A stretch of 38,818 nt of DNA from Psychromonas sp. (GTDB lineage Bacteria > Pseudomonadota > Gammaproteobacteria > Enterobacterales > Psychromonadaceae), in the NCBI GenBank assembly GCA_041586895.1, contig JBFGZH010000001.1, forward strand, positions 1 to 38,818, written 5' to 3'. Below are positions 1 through 7,510 of this stretch, piece by piece. Each line of letters starts with the position of its first letter. The first letter of the stretch is position 1. The position numbers were made by a program, and so were the translations under genes. Below the pieces are notes generated by a model. The model worked only from the letters and a program-made list of their open reading frames with translations, ran no database searches and was not told the DNA's origin.

Positions 1-194
1 CGTAGCCTCGTGACGTATCTACCCGATCAGCGCCGTTTGCGTACTGGTCGGACTTCTTGTTCATGTTGTCGCACATAACGTTAATAGTGCGCTCCATTTT
101 TTCTTCCCGGTTAACTGCATGTGCCGCTGGATTAGATGCAATACTAGCAACCAGGTTCGCGTATTTACTCATTATAGCCTCCGCATTCATCATA
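1..194. repeat. Terminal direct repeat / circular overlap, left copy
   Basis: Matches 38625..38818 with 6 mismatches (positions 8, 47, 68, 80, 136, 143). Confidence 0.95.
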
Positions 195-341
195 TTGATT
201 AACAGCAAACACTGCATGCTCACAATTGCTTTTGTGCTGCAATACCTGGTCTTCTAGGTCCATACTTCCAGCAATACCCATAATGATAAATATGAACGCC
301 ATAAGCAGCTCGTAACGATATTTAATAGCTAAGTTTTTCAT
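165..341 (-). CDS. Small membrane protein, 58 aa (not in ORF track)
   Basis: MKNLAIKYRYELLMAFIFIIMGIAGSMDLEDQ...GGYNE*; one hydrophobic helix; first gene after the leftward promoter; stop overlaps the next start. Confidence 0.7.
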   Translation of the reverse strand: MKNLAIKYRYELLMAFIFIIMGIAGSMDLEDQVLQHKSNCEHAVFAVNQYDECGGYNE

Positions 342-374
342 GTTTTGCTTCCCGTTGTTGTTTCGATAACTGAA

Positions 375-403
375 CTTTAGACGAATAAAGCAACCAGCGC
401 AAG
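375..403 (-). promoter_or_regulatory. Leftward sigma70-type early promoter
   Basis: Minus strand TTGCGC-17 nt-TAAAGT with AT-rich upstream tract, followed by ATCGAAACAACAAC. Confidence 0.6.
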
Positions 404-438
404 CATTACTTTAAATTTATTTTAAATTTAATTTTTAC

Positions 439-467
439 TTGACTAGCTATTATATACAGTATAAATT
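439..467 (+). promoter_or_regulatory. Rightward sigma70-type early promoter
   Basis: TTGACT-17 nt-TAAATT with AT-rich upstream tract, followed by ATCGAAACGGCAAC. Confidence 0.65.
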
Positions 468-502
468 TAGCTACATCGAAACGGCAACAAGCGAGGTGAT
501 TA

Positions 503-658
503 ATGACGCATAAGAAAAAGCCGCTTCAGGTCTATTTATTAGATGAGGAGCGCAGACAATATAACGAACTATGCAAAAGCAAGGGCGTTACAGCAACGAG
601 TGAGCTTAGACGGTTTGTACTAAGACAGGTAAATAAAAATAAAAACTCAAATAAATAA
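503..658 (+). CDS. Ribbon-helix-helix (Arc/CopG-like) DNA-binding protein, 51 aa (not in ORF track)
   Basis: SD GAGGTG; MTHKKKPLQVYLLDEERRQYNELCKSKGVTATSELRRFVLRQVNK fits the strand-helix-G-x-T-helix RHH pattern. Confidence 0.7.
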   Translation: MTHKKKPLQVYLLDEERRQYNELCKSKGVTATSELRRFVLRQVNKNKNSNK

Positions 659-684
659 ACCAAACCAACAACAAGGAAAACATC

Positions 685-1404
685 ATGCAAAATATTATCG
701 AGAAGATTCAATCTGGCGAACTGTCACAAAAGCAGCTAATCGCTGAGCTGGTAGCATACGAAAACAACACTGTTGACGAATACAACGCAGTTGTTGATAT
801 TGCAGAGCAGCACCAGGCGCAAATAACAGCGCTAGAAAAGGCGGCAGCAGCCAGGGAGGAGGATATTAAGGTTATAGCTAACGAAGGCTTAAAAGCCGTC
901 TCATACTCTAAAACGCTTGAATCTGAGAACCTGCGACTAAAAGCTGATAACAAAGATATTAAGCTACTTAGAAACGAGAATAAGGCGCTTAAAAAGCTTA
1001 AAGCAAAGCATATTGAAACAGCTAAAAAGCAGCAGGTGCGCATTGACTCGCTGTTAAAAGATTGCCGCGACTATCGCAACGAAATTAAGCACAACCGATC
1101 AGACATCGCCAGGTTGCGTCTTACGGGGTGGAAAAGCATGGGCAAATACGCATTTACTATATTCCCGAGCCGAACTAATGTTGAAGATGCTGGCAGCACT
1201 GAGAAACAGGTAAACTTGGTAATCATGGATAAAATCGGCAACATGAAAATTTTAGGTGTAAACAAGGACGGCATCGTTACACAGCCACGTAGTCACAATT
1301 TCAAGCTAGAAGATGAGCACATTGATTTTGTCACTGGCTTTGATCGCATTGCCCGTGAGGATGGGTATACTTTTAGTGACAGGGTCTTACAATTAGTTAA
1401 TTAA
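685..1404 (+). CDS. Coiled-coil protein of unknown function, 239 aa
   Basis: SD AAGGA; long heptad-like charged N-terminal two thirds with a globular C-terminus. Confidence 0.75.
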   Translation: MQNIIEKIQSGELSQKQLIAELVAYENNTVDEYNAVVDIAEQHQAQITALEKAAAAREEDIKVIANEGLKAVSYSKTLESENLRLKADNKDIKLLRNENKALKKLKAKHIETAKKQQVRIDSLLKDCRDYRNEIKHNRSDIARLRLTGWKSMGKYAFTIFPSRTNVEDAGSTEKQVNLVIMDKIGNMKILGVNKDGIVTQPRSHNFKLEDEHIDFVTGFDRIAREDGYTFSDRVLQLVN

Positions 1405-1413
1405 GGATTAACG

Positions 1414-1647
1414 ATGAAAAAAACGGATTGCTACAGCGACTTATCACAGGCGCAACGACTAGAAAAATGCTTTAACGCTAGCTCACAGAAAGATACGTTT
1501 TGCCATGTATCGTTCAGAAAGCGCGTAGAGGCACGCTCAGCGAGTTTTGGGCCATGGGGTTATGATGATACCATGTATTGGCTTGAAGACGGCTCGATGC
1601 TGTTAGAGCGCCGCATAGTGAAAGAATTTCAATTGTTTAAAGCGTAG
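1414..1647 (+). CDS. Hypothetical protein, 77 aa
   Basis: SD AAGGA; tight packing between neighbours. Confidence 0.7.
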   Translation: MKKTDCYSDLSQAQRLEKCFNASSQKDTFCHVSFRKRVEARSASFGPWGYDDTMYWLEDGSMLLERRIVKEFQLFKA

Positions 1648-1657
1648 GAGATATAAG

Positions 1658-2170
1658 ATGAAGCATAAGCATAGTGAATTAATTAAAAGATGGGCAGATA
1701 ATACTAGCCTGGTTGTTTTAATTGAAAGTGGGAACGGTGAATGGATTGTGGACGCGCACCAGAAGCACCCTAATTGGCTGGTTCTCAGTGAGTATTTTCT
1801 CGCTTGCAAAAAGCACGTTGATGTCGCGCTACACTGGCTCAATTGTGGCGAAGTTGAGGTATGCCGCAACAGGATAGAAGGGTGGAGATTGGCAATAAAA
1901 CCAACTTTTAGGGAAGATGCCGCCTACAGAATAAAGAAAAAAGAGCTTATCATCCCGTGGGGGTGCATGGATGAAAAATGGCAATATGCGACAGTTGATA
2001 AAGACGGAACTATAGTGCTTTGGGTTGAAGAGCCGTACATGATAAAAAATCATTGCAACCAGTGGGAGAATGACACCGGTAACTTCTTCGAGGCGAACGG
2101 TATCTTGAAAGTAGATGCTACCGGCATAGATTGGAAAGAATCACTAACAAGGAGGCCGAAAAATGATTAA
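1658..2170 (+). CDS. Hypothetical phage protein, 170 aa
   Basis: SD AGGAG; Trp-rich phage-type accessory ORF. Confidence 0.75.
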   Translation: MKHKHSELIKRWADNTSLVVLIESGNGEWIVDAHQKHPNWLVLSEYFLACKKHVDVALHWLNCGEVEVCRNRIEGWRLAIKPTFREDAAYRIKKKELIIPWGCMDEKWQYATVDKDGTIVLWVEEPYMIKNHCNQWENDTGNFFEANGILKVDATGIDWKESLTRRPKND

Positions 2171-2366
2171 ACGACTTGTATCAGATGCAAAGATACTACT
2201 TGCTGACAAAATATTCAAAGTGAAAGGCGAGGGGGAATCCTGTTGTCATTGCGGTGAAATGATGATGCCAAAGCATGCTGTTACGACGGTGGGAAACGGC
2301 GATAAGATGCACGACAAGTGCTGGCCTGGTTATATCACGGCTAAGATTGATAGTTTAAGCAAATAA
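2163..2366 (+). CDS. Small Cys/His (probable Zn-binding) protein, 67 aa
   Basis: SD AGGAGG; CCHC...HDKC. Confidence 0.65.
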   Translation: MIKRLVSDAKILLADKIFKVKGEGESCCHCGEMMMPKHAVTTVGNGDKMHDKCWPGYITAKIDSLSK

Positions 2367-2478
2367 ACATCCACCAGCAGCATATTGATTGGCTAATGAA
2401 GCAGATCCGAACTGGTAACTGGTGTTTAATCCAGCTTGGCGATACAGTCAACAACTCACAAAACGGGCATGCCAATCC

Positions 2479-2536
2479 GTATAACATTGATTCACCGCTA
2501 TCATGGGTTACATGGTAGTTGTTTGGATTGTTATGC
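2479..2536. repeat. attC-like site 0 (degenerate), 58 bp
   Basis: GTATAAC...GTTATGC ends; internal hairpin CTATCATG/CATGGTAG; inner boxes pair poorly. Confidence 0.5.
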
Positions 2537-2565
2537 TTTGATTATTAACTGGAAGAGGATTTGAA

Positions 2566-2709
2566 ATGAGGTTTTTAACTAACACTGAAGTTTTGAGTTG
2601 GATTAGATTTGGCAGATTGCTTTATTCAAATGTAAATGTGAAAGGTGATTTTTTATACGGACAGAGAATTGCAAAGAAAATCTTTTGGCGGTTCTATTTG
2701 ATAATGTAA
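2566..2709 (+). CDS. Cassette gene 1, 47 aa basic/aromatic peptide (not in ORF track)
   Basis: SD AAGAGG; MRFLTNTEVLSWIRFGRLLYSNVNVKGDFLYGQRIAKKIFWRFYLIM*; stop 3 nt before the next site. Confidence 0.65.
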   Translation: MRFLTNTEVLSWIRFGRLLYSNVNVKGDFLYGQRIAKKIFWRFYLIM

Positions 2710-2712
2710 GAA

Positions 2713-2777
2713 ACATAACCATTAATATAGCCGTGCGTGCACGTTAGTGCGCGTCCGAGTTAAGATTTTTGTTATGT
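2713..2777. repeat. attC-like site 1, 65 bp
   Basis: ACATAAC...GTTATGT perfect inverted ends; central GCGTGCAC/GTGCGCGT hairpin; shares CCGTGCG and CGCGTCCGAGTTAA with site 2. Confidence 0.75.
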
Positions 2778-2804
2778 TGGGATTTATAACTAAAGAGGTT
2801 AAAA

Positions 2805-2963
2805 ATGAATAATAAAAAGGTAAAGAAAATGATTGAATCGATAACTGGAGCAAAATTCTCCCATTTGCACACACCTAGATCGGGAGCAATAGATTCGCAC
2901 AGCAAATACTGCCTACGCAAATATGGAATGCCAGTATCAGGCATAAATCGAAAAGAAACATAA
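2805..2963 (+). CDS. Cassette gene 2, 52 aa basic protein (not in ORF track)
   Basis: SD AAGAGG; MNNKKVKKMIESITGAKFSHLHTPRSG...INRKET*; stop TAA lies inside the ACATAAC core. Confidence 0.7.
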   Translation: MNNKKVKKMIESITGAKFSHLHTPRSGAIDSHSKYCLRKYGMPVSGINRKET

Positions 2964-3021
2964 CCGCAGCGATAACCGTGCGCGGCCTTAAGCCGCGTCC
3001 GAGTTAATTGCATTGTTATGT
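2958..3021. repeat. attC-like site 2, 64 bp
   Basis: ACATAAC-CGCA-GCGATAAC...CGCGGC/GCCGCG...GTTAATTGC-ATT-GTTATGT: outer boxes, inner boxes with one extra base, unpaired spacer, terminal hairpin. Confidence 0.85.
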
Positions 3022-3050
3022 GAGAATGATTATACAAAGAGGTAGTGAAA

Positions 3051-3263
3051 ATGAGAAAGCCAAATAAATATAATTCAAACGGAAGCATCAATAAGCATTA
3101 TGTTGAGCACTTGGAAGCTGCTCTTAGGTCTATAGCAAATCCAATGAGGACGCTTAGCGAAGAGGCTGCAAAATCAGGCTGCAAATTAACGCCTGCCGCG
3201 CACTCTATTGCAAATGATGCATCGACTCTAAAGTCATGGGCTAAAAATGCGATTGCGGAGTAA
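3051..3263 (+). CDS. Cassette gene 3, 70 aa (72 from GTG 3045)
   Basis: SD AAGAGG; fills the space between sites 2 and 3; stop 3 nt before ACATAAC. Confidence 0.75.
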   Translation: MRKPNKYNSNGSINKHYVEHLEAALRSIANPMRTLSEEAAKSGCKLTPAAHSIANDASTLKSWAKNAIAE

Positions 3264-3266
3264 GAA

Positions 3267-3322
3267 ACATAACAACCAAGATAACTGTGCGAGGTACGAG
3301 TATGGTTATCGACTGGTTATGT
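3267..3322. repeat. attC-like site 3, 56 bp
   Basis: ACATAAC-AACCAA-GATAAC...CGAGGTACGAG...GTTATC-GACTG-GTTATGT. Confidence 0.75.
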
Positions 3323-3336
3323 TGGATTGAAGTATA

Positions 3337-3358
3337 AAACGTGACACAGATCGCAAAT
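3337..3358. promoter_or_regulatory. CRP-like binding site
   Basis: AAA-CGTGA-CACAGA-TCGCA-AAT versus consensus TGTGA-N6-TCACA (one mismatch per half site). Confidence 0.45.
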
Positions 3359-3363
3359 GGCTC

Positions 3364-3391
3364 AAGCCGCAATATACAGCGGCTTTTATTT
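3364..3391 (+). terminator. Rho-independent terminator after the cassette array
   Basis: AAGCCGC-AATATACA-GCGGCTT followed by TTATTT. Confidence 0.75.
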
Positions 3392-3466
3392 CCTATTTAT
3401 TTAATTGTTTATTTTATTAATATTTAACTATATAATAATTAGACACTAATAAACCGGAGGAATTAA

Positions 3467-3955
3467 ATGCAATTAACAATTAACAATACATTAATCACAA
3501 TGGACGATGAAGGTCGCTATTCTTTGAATGATTTACATAAGGCTGCTGGTGGTAGCAATAAGCTAAAGCCATCGTTATTTTATCGCAGTGATAGCTTTAA
3601 TTCTGTTGTTGAAATTTTAAAGGCACAGAATCGTGCATTTGAACCGATAGTGAAAAAACAAGGCAGATATACTGGCGGAACCTGGGTTTGTAAAGAGTTG
3701 GTGTATAAGTATGCAATGTGGGTTAGCGCTGAATTTGAAGTGAAGGTCATTCAAACATTCGATCAGATAATTAACTCAGTAAACACACCGGCAACGATGC
3801 AGGCACTTAATGAGCTAACAGAAAAGATTGAGTCGGATAAAGAGATAGCTAGCAAGTGCGGGAAAGCCCTGGCGCATTATAAGCGCGTGAAGAAAGAAAA
3901 CCAGGAGCGATGGATTGAGAGCGTTAGGTCTGCACAGATGCAGCTAGGATTTTGA
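3467..3955 (+). CDS. KilA-N domain DNA-binding protein
   Basis: DDEGRYSLNDLHKAAGG...GGTWVCKELVYKYAMWVSAEFEVKVI matches KilA-N; SD GGAGG. Confidence 0.9.
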   Translation: MQLTINNTLITMDDEGRYSLNDLHKAAGGSNKLKPSLFYRSDSFNSVVEILKAQNRAFEPIVKKQGRYTGGTWVCKELVYKYAMWVSAEFEVKVIQTFDQIINSVNTPATMQALNELTEKIESDKEIASKCGKALAHYKRVKKENQERWIESVRSAQMQLGF

Positions 3956-3977
3956 ACTTAAACACCCACCAGCATAG

Positions 3978-4003
3978 AGCCAGTTTAACGACTGGCTTTT
4001 TTA
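3978..4003 (+). terminator. Rho-independent terminator
   Basis: AGCCAGT-TTAACG-ACTGGCT followed by TTTTT. Confidence 0.8.
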
Positions 4004-4445
4004 TTTCCGCTTTTTGAGTGCTAGACAAGCCTGAACCAGAAAGATGCAGGTTTTATCCGCTACTTCACTTGGTAAAGGTCAAAGTTCGGTTATTTAAAAC
4101 AAACGTAAACGTGTTAATTCGTGTCAGATTTAACACGTTACTGGTTGAAAAAAGCGACCGTTTATACCGACAACCAATTGCCAATAATAAAAACTACTAT
4201 TTATTCAGTAACTTGCAATGTTTTACAAGATAAACTAGTTTACTATTTTTGCCCTCTTATATAGGGCAATAAACATATATATAAAACACTGCTAGATAAC
4301 ACTAAAAACACCTTTTTTTGCGGCAATTTCGAGCTGTAAGTTATTGATATGAAAGGAATAAGAATAAAACCCCACAATTTACAACTATAGCAACACAAAA
4401 AAGTGCTATAAACACTGCTATTTAATGTTATACTATGTTCATACC
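4004..4445. other. Candidate replication origin / control region
   Basis: Long AT-rich non-coding stretch upstream of the replication genes; 10-bp inverted repeat 4108-4139, hairpin 4249-4269, direct repeat AAACACTGCTA x2, IHF consensus 4337-4349. Confidence 0.45.
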
Positions 4446-4465
4446 AACTAAGCAGAGGCTTGAAA

Positions 4466-5203
4466 ATGAACGACAAAAACAGAAAAATTCAAATTGCAGG
4501 GCTTGAAGAACATCACTTATCAAAGTGTAACCCGTTAATGCTTGATGATCAGTTTCAAGCGCTAAAGGAGGATATTAAACTAAACGGGCAACTAGAACCG
4601 ATTAAGCTTTACAAGGGTAAAATAATCGACGGCAGGCACAGAGTGAGAGCATTAAATGAACTTGCAATTGAGTCTGGCACAGCTCAGGATAGCGGGGCTT
4701 ATGGTGGGTTAGTTGCTTATGAATCACTACCAAACAATACTACCCTATCGGAAGTTAGGGCGATCATAAAATCATCGGAGACAAGACGAATGCAGACTAA
4801 AACACAAATGACAGCAGCAGCATTTAAGGAGGCTAGTATTAAGCCAAATCTATCTAACGCAGAGGCAGCAAGACTACATGGCGTACCTGTTTCTGGTGTT
4901 AATAGATGCAGGCGCATAGCTAAGATGATGGGCAGTGACGCAATAGACGATCTTATTGCAGGTAAAAGCGTTGTTGTGACCACTGCATCAGGCAACCCGC
5001 GGGAAACAACAAGCATCCAGTTTATTTACAAGGCTCTTGGCGAAGTCGCAGCAAAAGCAGTTGAGCAAAGCAAAAAGTATAAATTGACCGAAGTTGACGC
5101 GGATAGGTTAGCTAAAAAATACCTTCGTGACTTATCCAAGGAGGAGGCGAAAATTTTAGCTTTAGCAGTGCAGAATAGAGCATTTTCAATGCTGGAAGAT
5201 TAG
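4466..5203 (+). CDS. ParB/Srx-like N-terminal domain protein with HTH
   Basis: LKEDIKLNGQLEPI...IIDGRHRVRAL ParB-N signature; LSNAEAARLHGVPVSGVNR HTH. Confidence 0.85.
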   Translation: MNDKNRKIQIAGLEEHHLSKCNPLMLDDQFQALKEDIKLNGQLEPIKLYKGKIIDGRHRVRALNELAIESGTAQDSGAYGGLVAYESLPNNTTLSEVRAIIKSSETRRMQTKTQMTAAAFKEASIKPNLSNAEAARLHGVPVSGVNRCRRIAKMMGSDAIDDLIAGKSVVVTTASGNPRETTSIQFIYKALGEVAAKAVEQSKKYKLTEVDADRLAKKYLRDLSKEEAKILALAVQNRAFSMLED

Positions 5204-5371
5204 GCTACAGGCAAAAAAGAATCAATTAAATTTAAAGAGGATAAGTAGATGACTAATTTAATCGCAAGCAACAAATTAAGCTAACACCAATGGTGGAAGT
5301 TAGCTAATTACGAAAGTTTCGTAGTTAAAACAAAACAACGACAGCTGCAACTGGCATCATTGGAGGTTTTT

Positions 5372-6004
5372 ATGAACGGGAATATTATAACAGATTTTGT
5401 AAAGGTTGAGGCTAATAATAATTCACGGTCAAAGAGAAGGCCGGTATTCGGCAAGGGCATTAATGACGCATGGTATAAGACAAGGATAGTGGTTGACGGT
5501 GTTATTATAGAAAGCCCTGCTTACGCCGCCTGGGTTAGAATGCTTAGAAGGGCTTATGATCCAAAACACAAAGAGAGACAGCCAACATACATTGGCGTAA
5601 CTGTTTGCGATGAATGGCTTACATTTAGTAATTTTGATAAGTGGTATATGCTAAATCACGTTGAAGGATATGAGCTTGATAAAGATATAAAGATACCGGG
5701 CAACAAGGTGTATTCGCCAGATGCGTGTATTTACGTTCCAAAATGTATTAATGCGCTGTTAAATAAAAATAACAACGTGAAGGGTAAATACCCAACAGGC
5801 GTATCAATCAGAAAAAGAACAGGGAGGTTTGAAACTTCAATATGTATAGATAATAAAAGGGTTTTTGTTGCGAGCAGGGGGACAGCAGAAGAGGCTTATA
5901 ACGAATACAAAAAAGCTAAAAATAAAGAGATACTTCGCAAGTGCAAGCAATACCCGGAGTTCGCAGTCTACCTAAAACAGCACATGTATAAGAAGGTGGT
6001 GTAA
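5372..6004 (+). CDS. HNH-like (homing-type) endonuclease with AP2-like C-terminus
   Basis: PTYIGVTVCDEWLTFSNF...LDKDI...NKVYSPDAC...N; C-terminal PTGVS...GRF...TAEEAYNEY; SD GGAGG. Confidence 0.75.
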   Translation: MNGNIITDFVKVEANNNSRSKRRPVFGKGINDAWYKTRIVVDGVIIESPAYAAWVRMLRRAYDPKHKERQPTYIGVTVCDEWLTFSNFDKWYMLNHVEGYELDKDIKIPGNKVYSPDACIYVPKCINALLNKNNNVKGKYPTGVSIRKRTGRFETSICIDNKRVFVASRGTAEEAYNEYKKAKNKEILRKCKQYPEFAVYLKQHMYKKVV

Positions 6005-6006
6005 CT

Positions 6007-7509
6007 ATGCCTGAGTTTAAATTGTACGACTACCAGGAAGAGCTGGTTGCTGAAATACGTAAAGTATGGGGGCAGCATTTAAGGATAGCAGCACAAGCAG
6101 CAACGGGATTTGGCAAGACGGCTGTTGCAGCGTTTATTTTAAAGTCCTGCGCAGACAGGGGTATGAAGTGCGTATTCCTGGTGCCAAGGGTTAGCCTTAT
6201 ACAGCAAGCTATTGATGATTTTGTTAGTTACGGCATAGATATTCGCTCAATATCTAGGATACATAGGGACTATAAGACTGATTATTCATGCAATATTATC
6301 GTTGCATCGACAGCCTCGTTTGTTCGCAAGGAGTTCGTGCCTTTTGATTTGCTTGTGCAAGATGAGATGCACCTTCAAAACAAGCAGCTCATAAAGAGAA
6401 TGGAAGAGCACGAAAATGAAAGGTGGCTAGGGATAACAGCCACTCCTTATAGCAAAGGTCTAGGAAAAAGGTTCTCTGTTCTGGTTAAGGGCTGTAATAT
6501 GCGCCATTTGATTGATTTAGAAGGTGGTGGCCTGTGTGATTATGATATGTATGCGCCAAGCATTCCCAATCTTAAAGATATCTCTGTGAGAGGTGGCGAG
6601 TACGCAGAAGAGGAGTTGGCGCGAGTAATGGGGGAGGCAAAGATAATAGGTGATGTTGTTTCAAATTGGGTAGAGCATGGCGAAAACAGGCCAACTATAG
6701 TGCTACCTGTTAATATCGCTCATGCCAACCAGATCCAGAAGGAGTTTGAAGTGTGCGGTATTGCTTCTGAGGTTATCACAGGGAAAACGCCCATAGAAGA
6801 GCGTGAGGCAATATTCAAACGAGTTGAGAATGATACACTTAAAATAATGATCTCTGTTGGCGTGCTTACTGAGGGGATATCAATCAAGAAAATAAGCTGC
6901 ATAGTGTCAGCAAGGCCAACTAAAAGCAAGACAACATGGATCCAAGGCATAGGGAGAGCCTTGAGGTATATGACGGGAAAGCGAGCATTGATATTTGACC
7001 ACGGTGGAACATCGCTAACACTTGGCTTGCCAGAAGATATTGGCATTGACGAGCTTGACGACGGAACCAGAAAAGAGCAAGATAAGAAAAAGGAAAAGCA
7101 ACGCAAGGAGCAGGAAGCATTACCGAAGCCGTGCTCAAGGTGTGGGGCGCTAAGGCCACCAGGTAACCCGCAATGCCCTAAGTGCGGCCACATTACAAAA
7201 CGATGTGAAGACGTCGAAGTGAACCGCCAGCTTGGCTTAAAGATATTAAAAGGCGAAACCAAGAAAGCACCACAGAAAGCAGATAAACAGCGCTGGTGGA
7301 GCGAGCTACTAGGCTGGCAGCTATCGCAAAAGATGCACGGGAAAAACATCTCAGATGGCCGTATAGCGCATATTTACCGGGATAAGTTTTCAGTCTGGCC
7401 TAAAGGGTTAGATAATAAGATAATTTCACCAAGTAGCGAGCTAACCAGTTTTATTAAATCACGTAACATTGCATTTGCTAAAGCGATGCAGCAGAAGGAA
7501 GGAAAATAA
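6007..7509 (+). CDS. Superfamily II helicase with C-terminal Zn finger
   Basis: Q-motif LYDYQ, Walker A ATGFGKT, DEMH, TATP, QGIGRALR; CSRC...CPKC. Confidence 0.92.
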   Translation: MPEFKLYDYQEELVAEIRKVWGQHLRIAAQAATGFGKTAVAAFILKSCADRGMKCVFLVPRVSLIQQAIDDFVSYGIDIRSISRIHRDYKTDYSCNIIVASTASFVRKEFVPFDLLVQDEMHLQNKQLIKRMEEHENERWLGITATPYSKGLGKRFSVLVKGCNMRHLIDLEGGGLCDYDMYAPSIPNLKDISVRGGEYAEEELARVMGEAKIIGDVVSNWVEHGENRPTIVLPVNIAHANQIQKEFEVCGIASEVITGKTPIEEREAIFKRVENDTLKIMISVGVLTEGISIKKISCIVSARPTKSKTTWIQGIGRALRYMTGKRALIFDHGGTSLTLGLPEDIGIDELDDGTRKEQDKKKEKQRKEQEALPKPCSRCGALRPPGNPQCPKCGHITKRCEDVEVNRQLGLKILKGETKKAPQKADKQRWWSELLGWQLSQKMHGKNISDGRIAHIYRDKFSVWPKGLDNKIISPSSELTSFIKSRNIAFAKAMQQKEGK

Positions 7510-7510
7510 C

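Noticed and set aside
444-459. LexA box in the rightward promoter
   Set aside because: Only the ACAG half is present; no CTG half at the right spacing.
2744-3091. 115-aa minus-strand ORF from the track
   Set aside because: Runs through attC-like sites antisense to two ORFs with good SDs; shadow frame.
2479-3322. CRISPR array or simple terminators as the explanation for the repeats
   Set aside because: Units are 241-301 bp and contain genes; repeats conserve structure rather than sequence and lack U tracts.
4018-4476. ORFs 4018..4233 (+) and 4243..4476 (-)
   Set aside because: No SD, low-complexity AT-rich translation; region looks regulatory.
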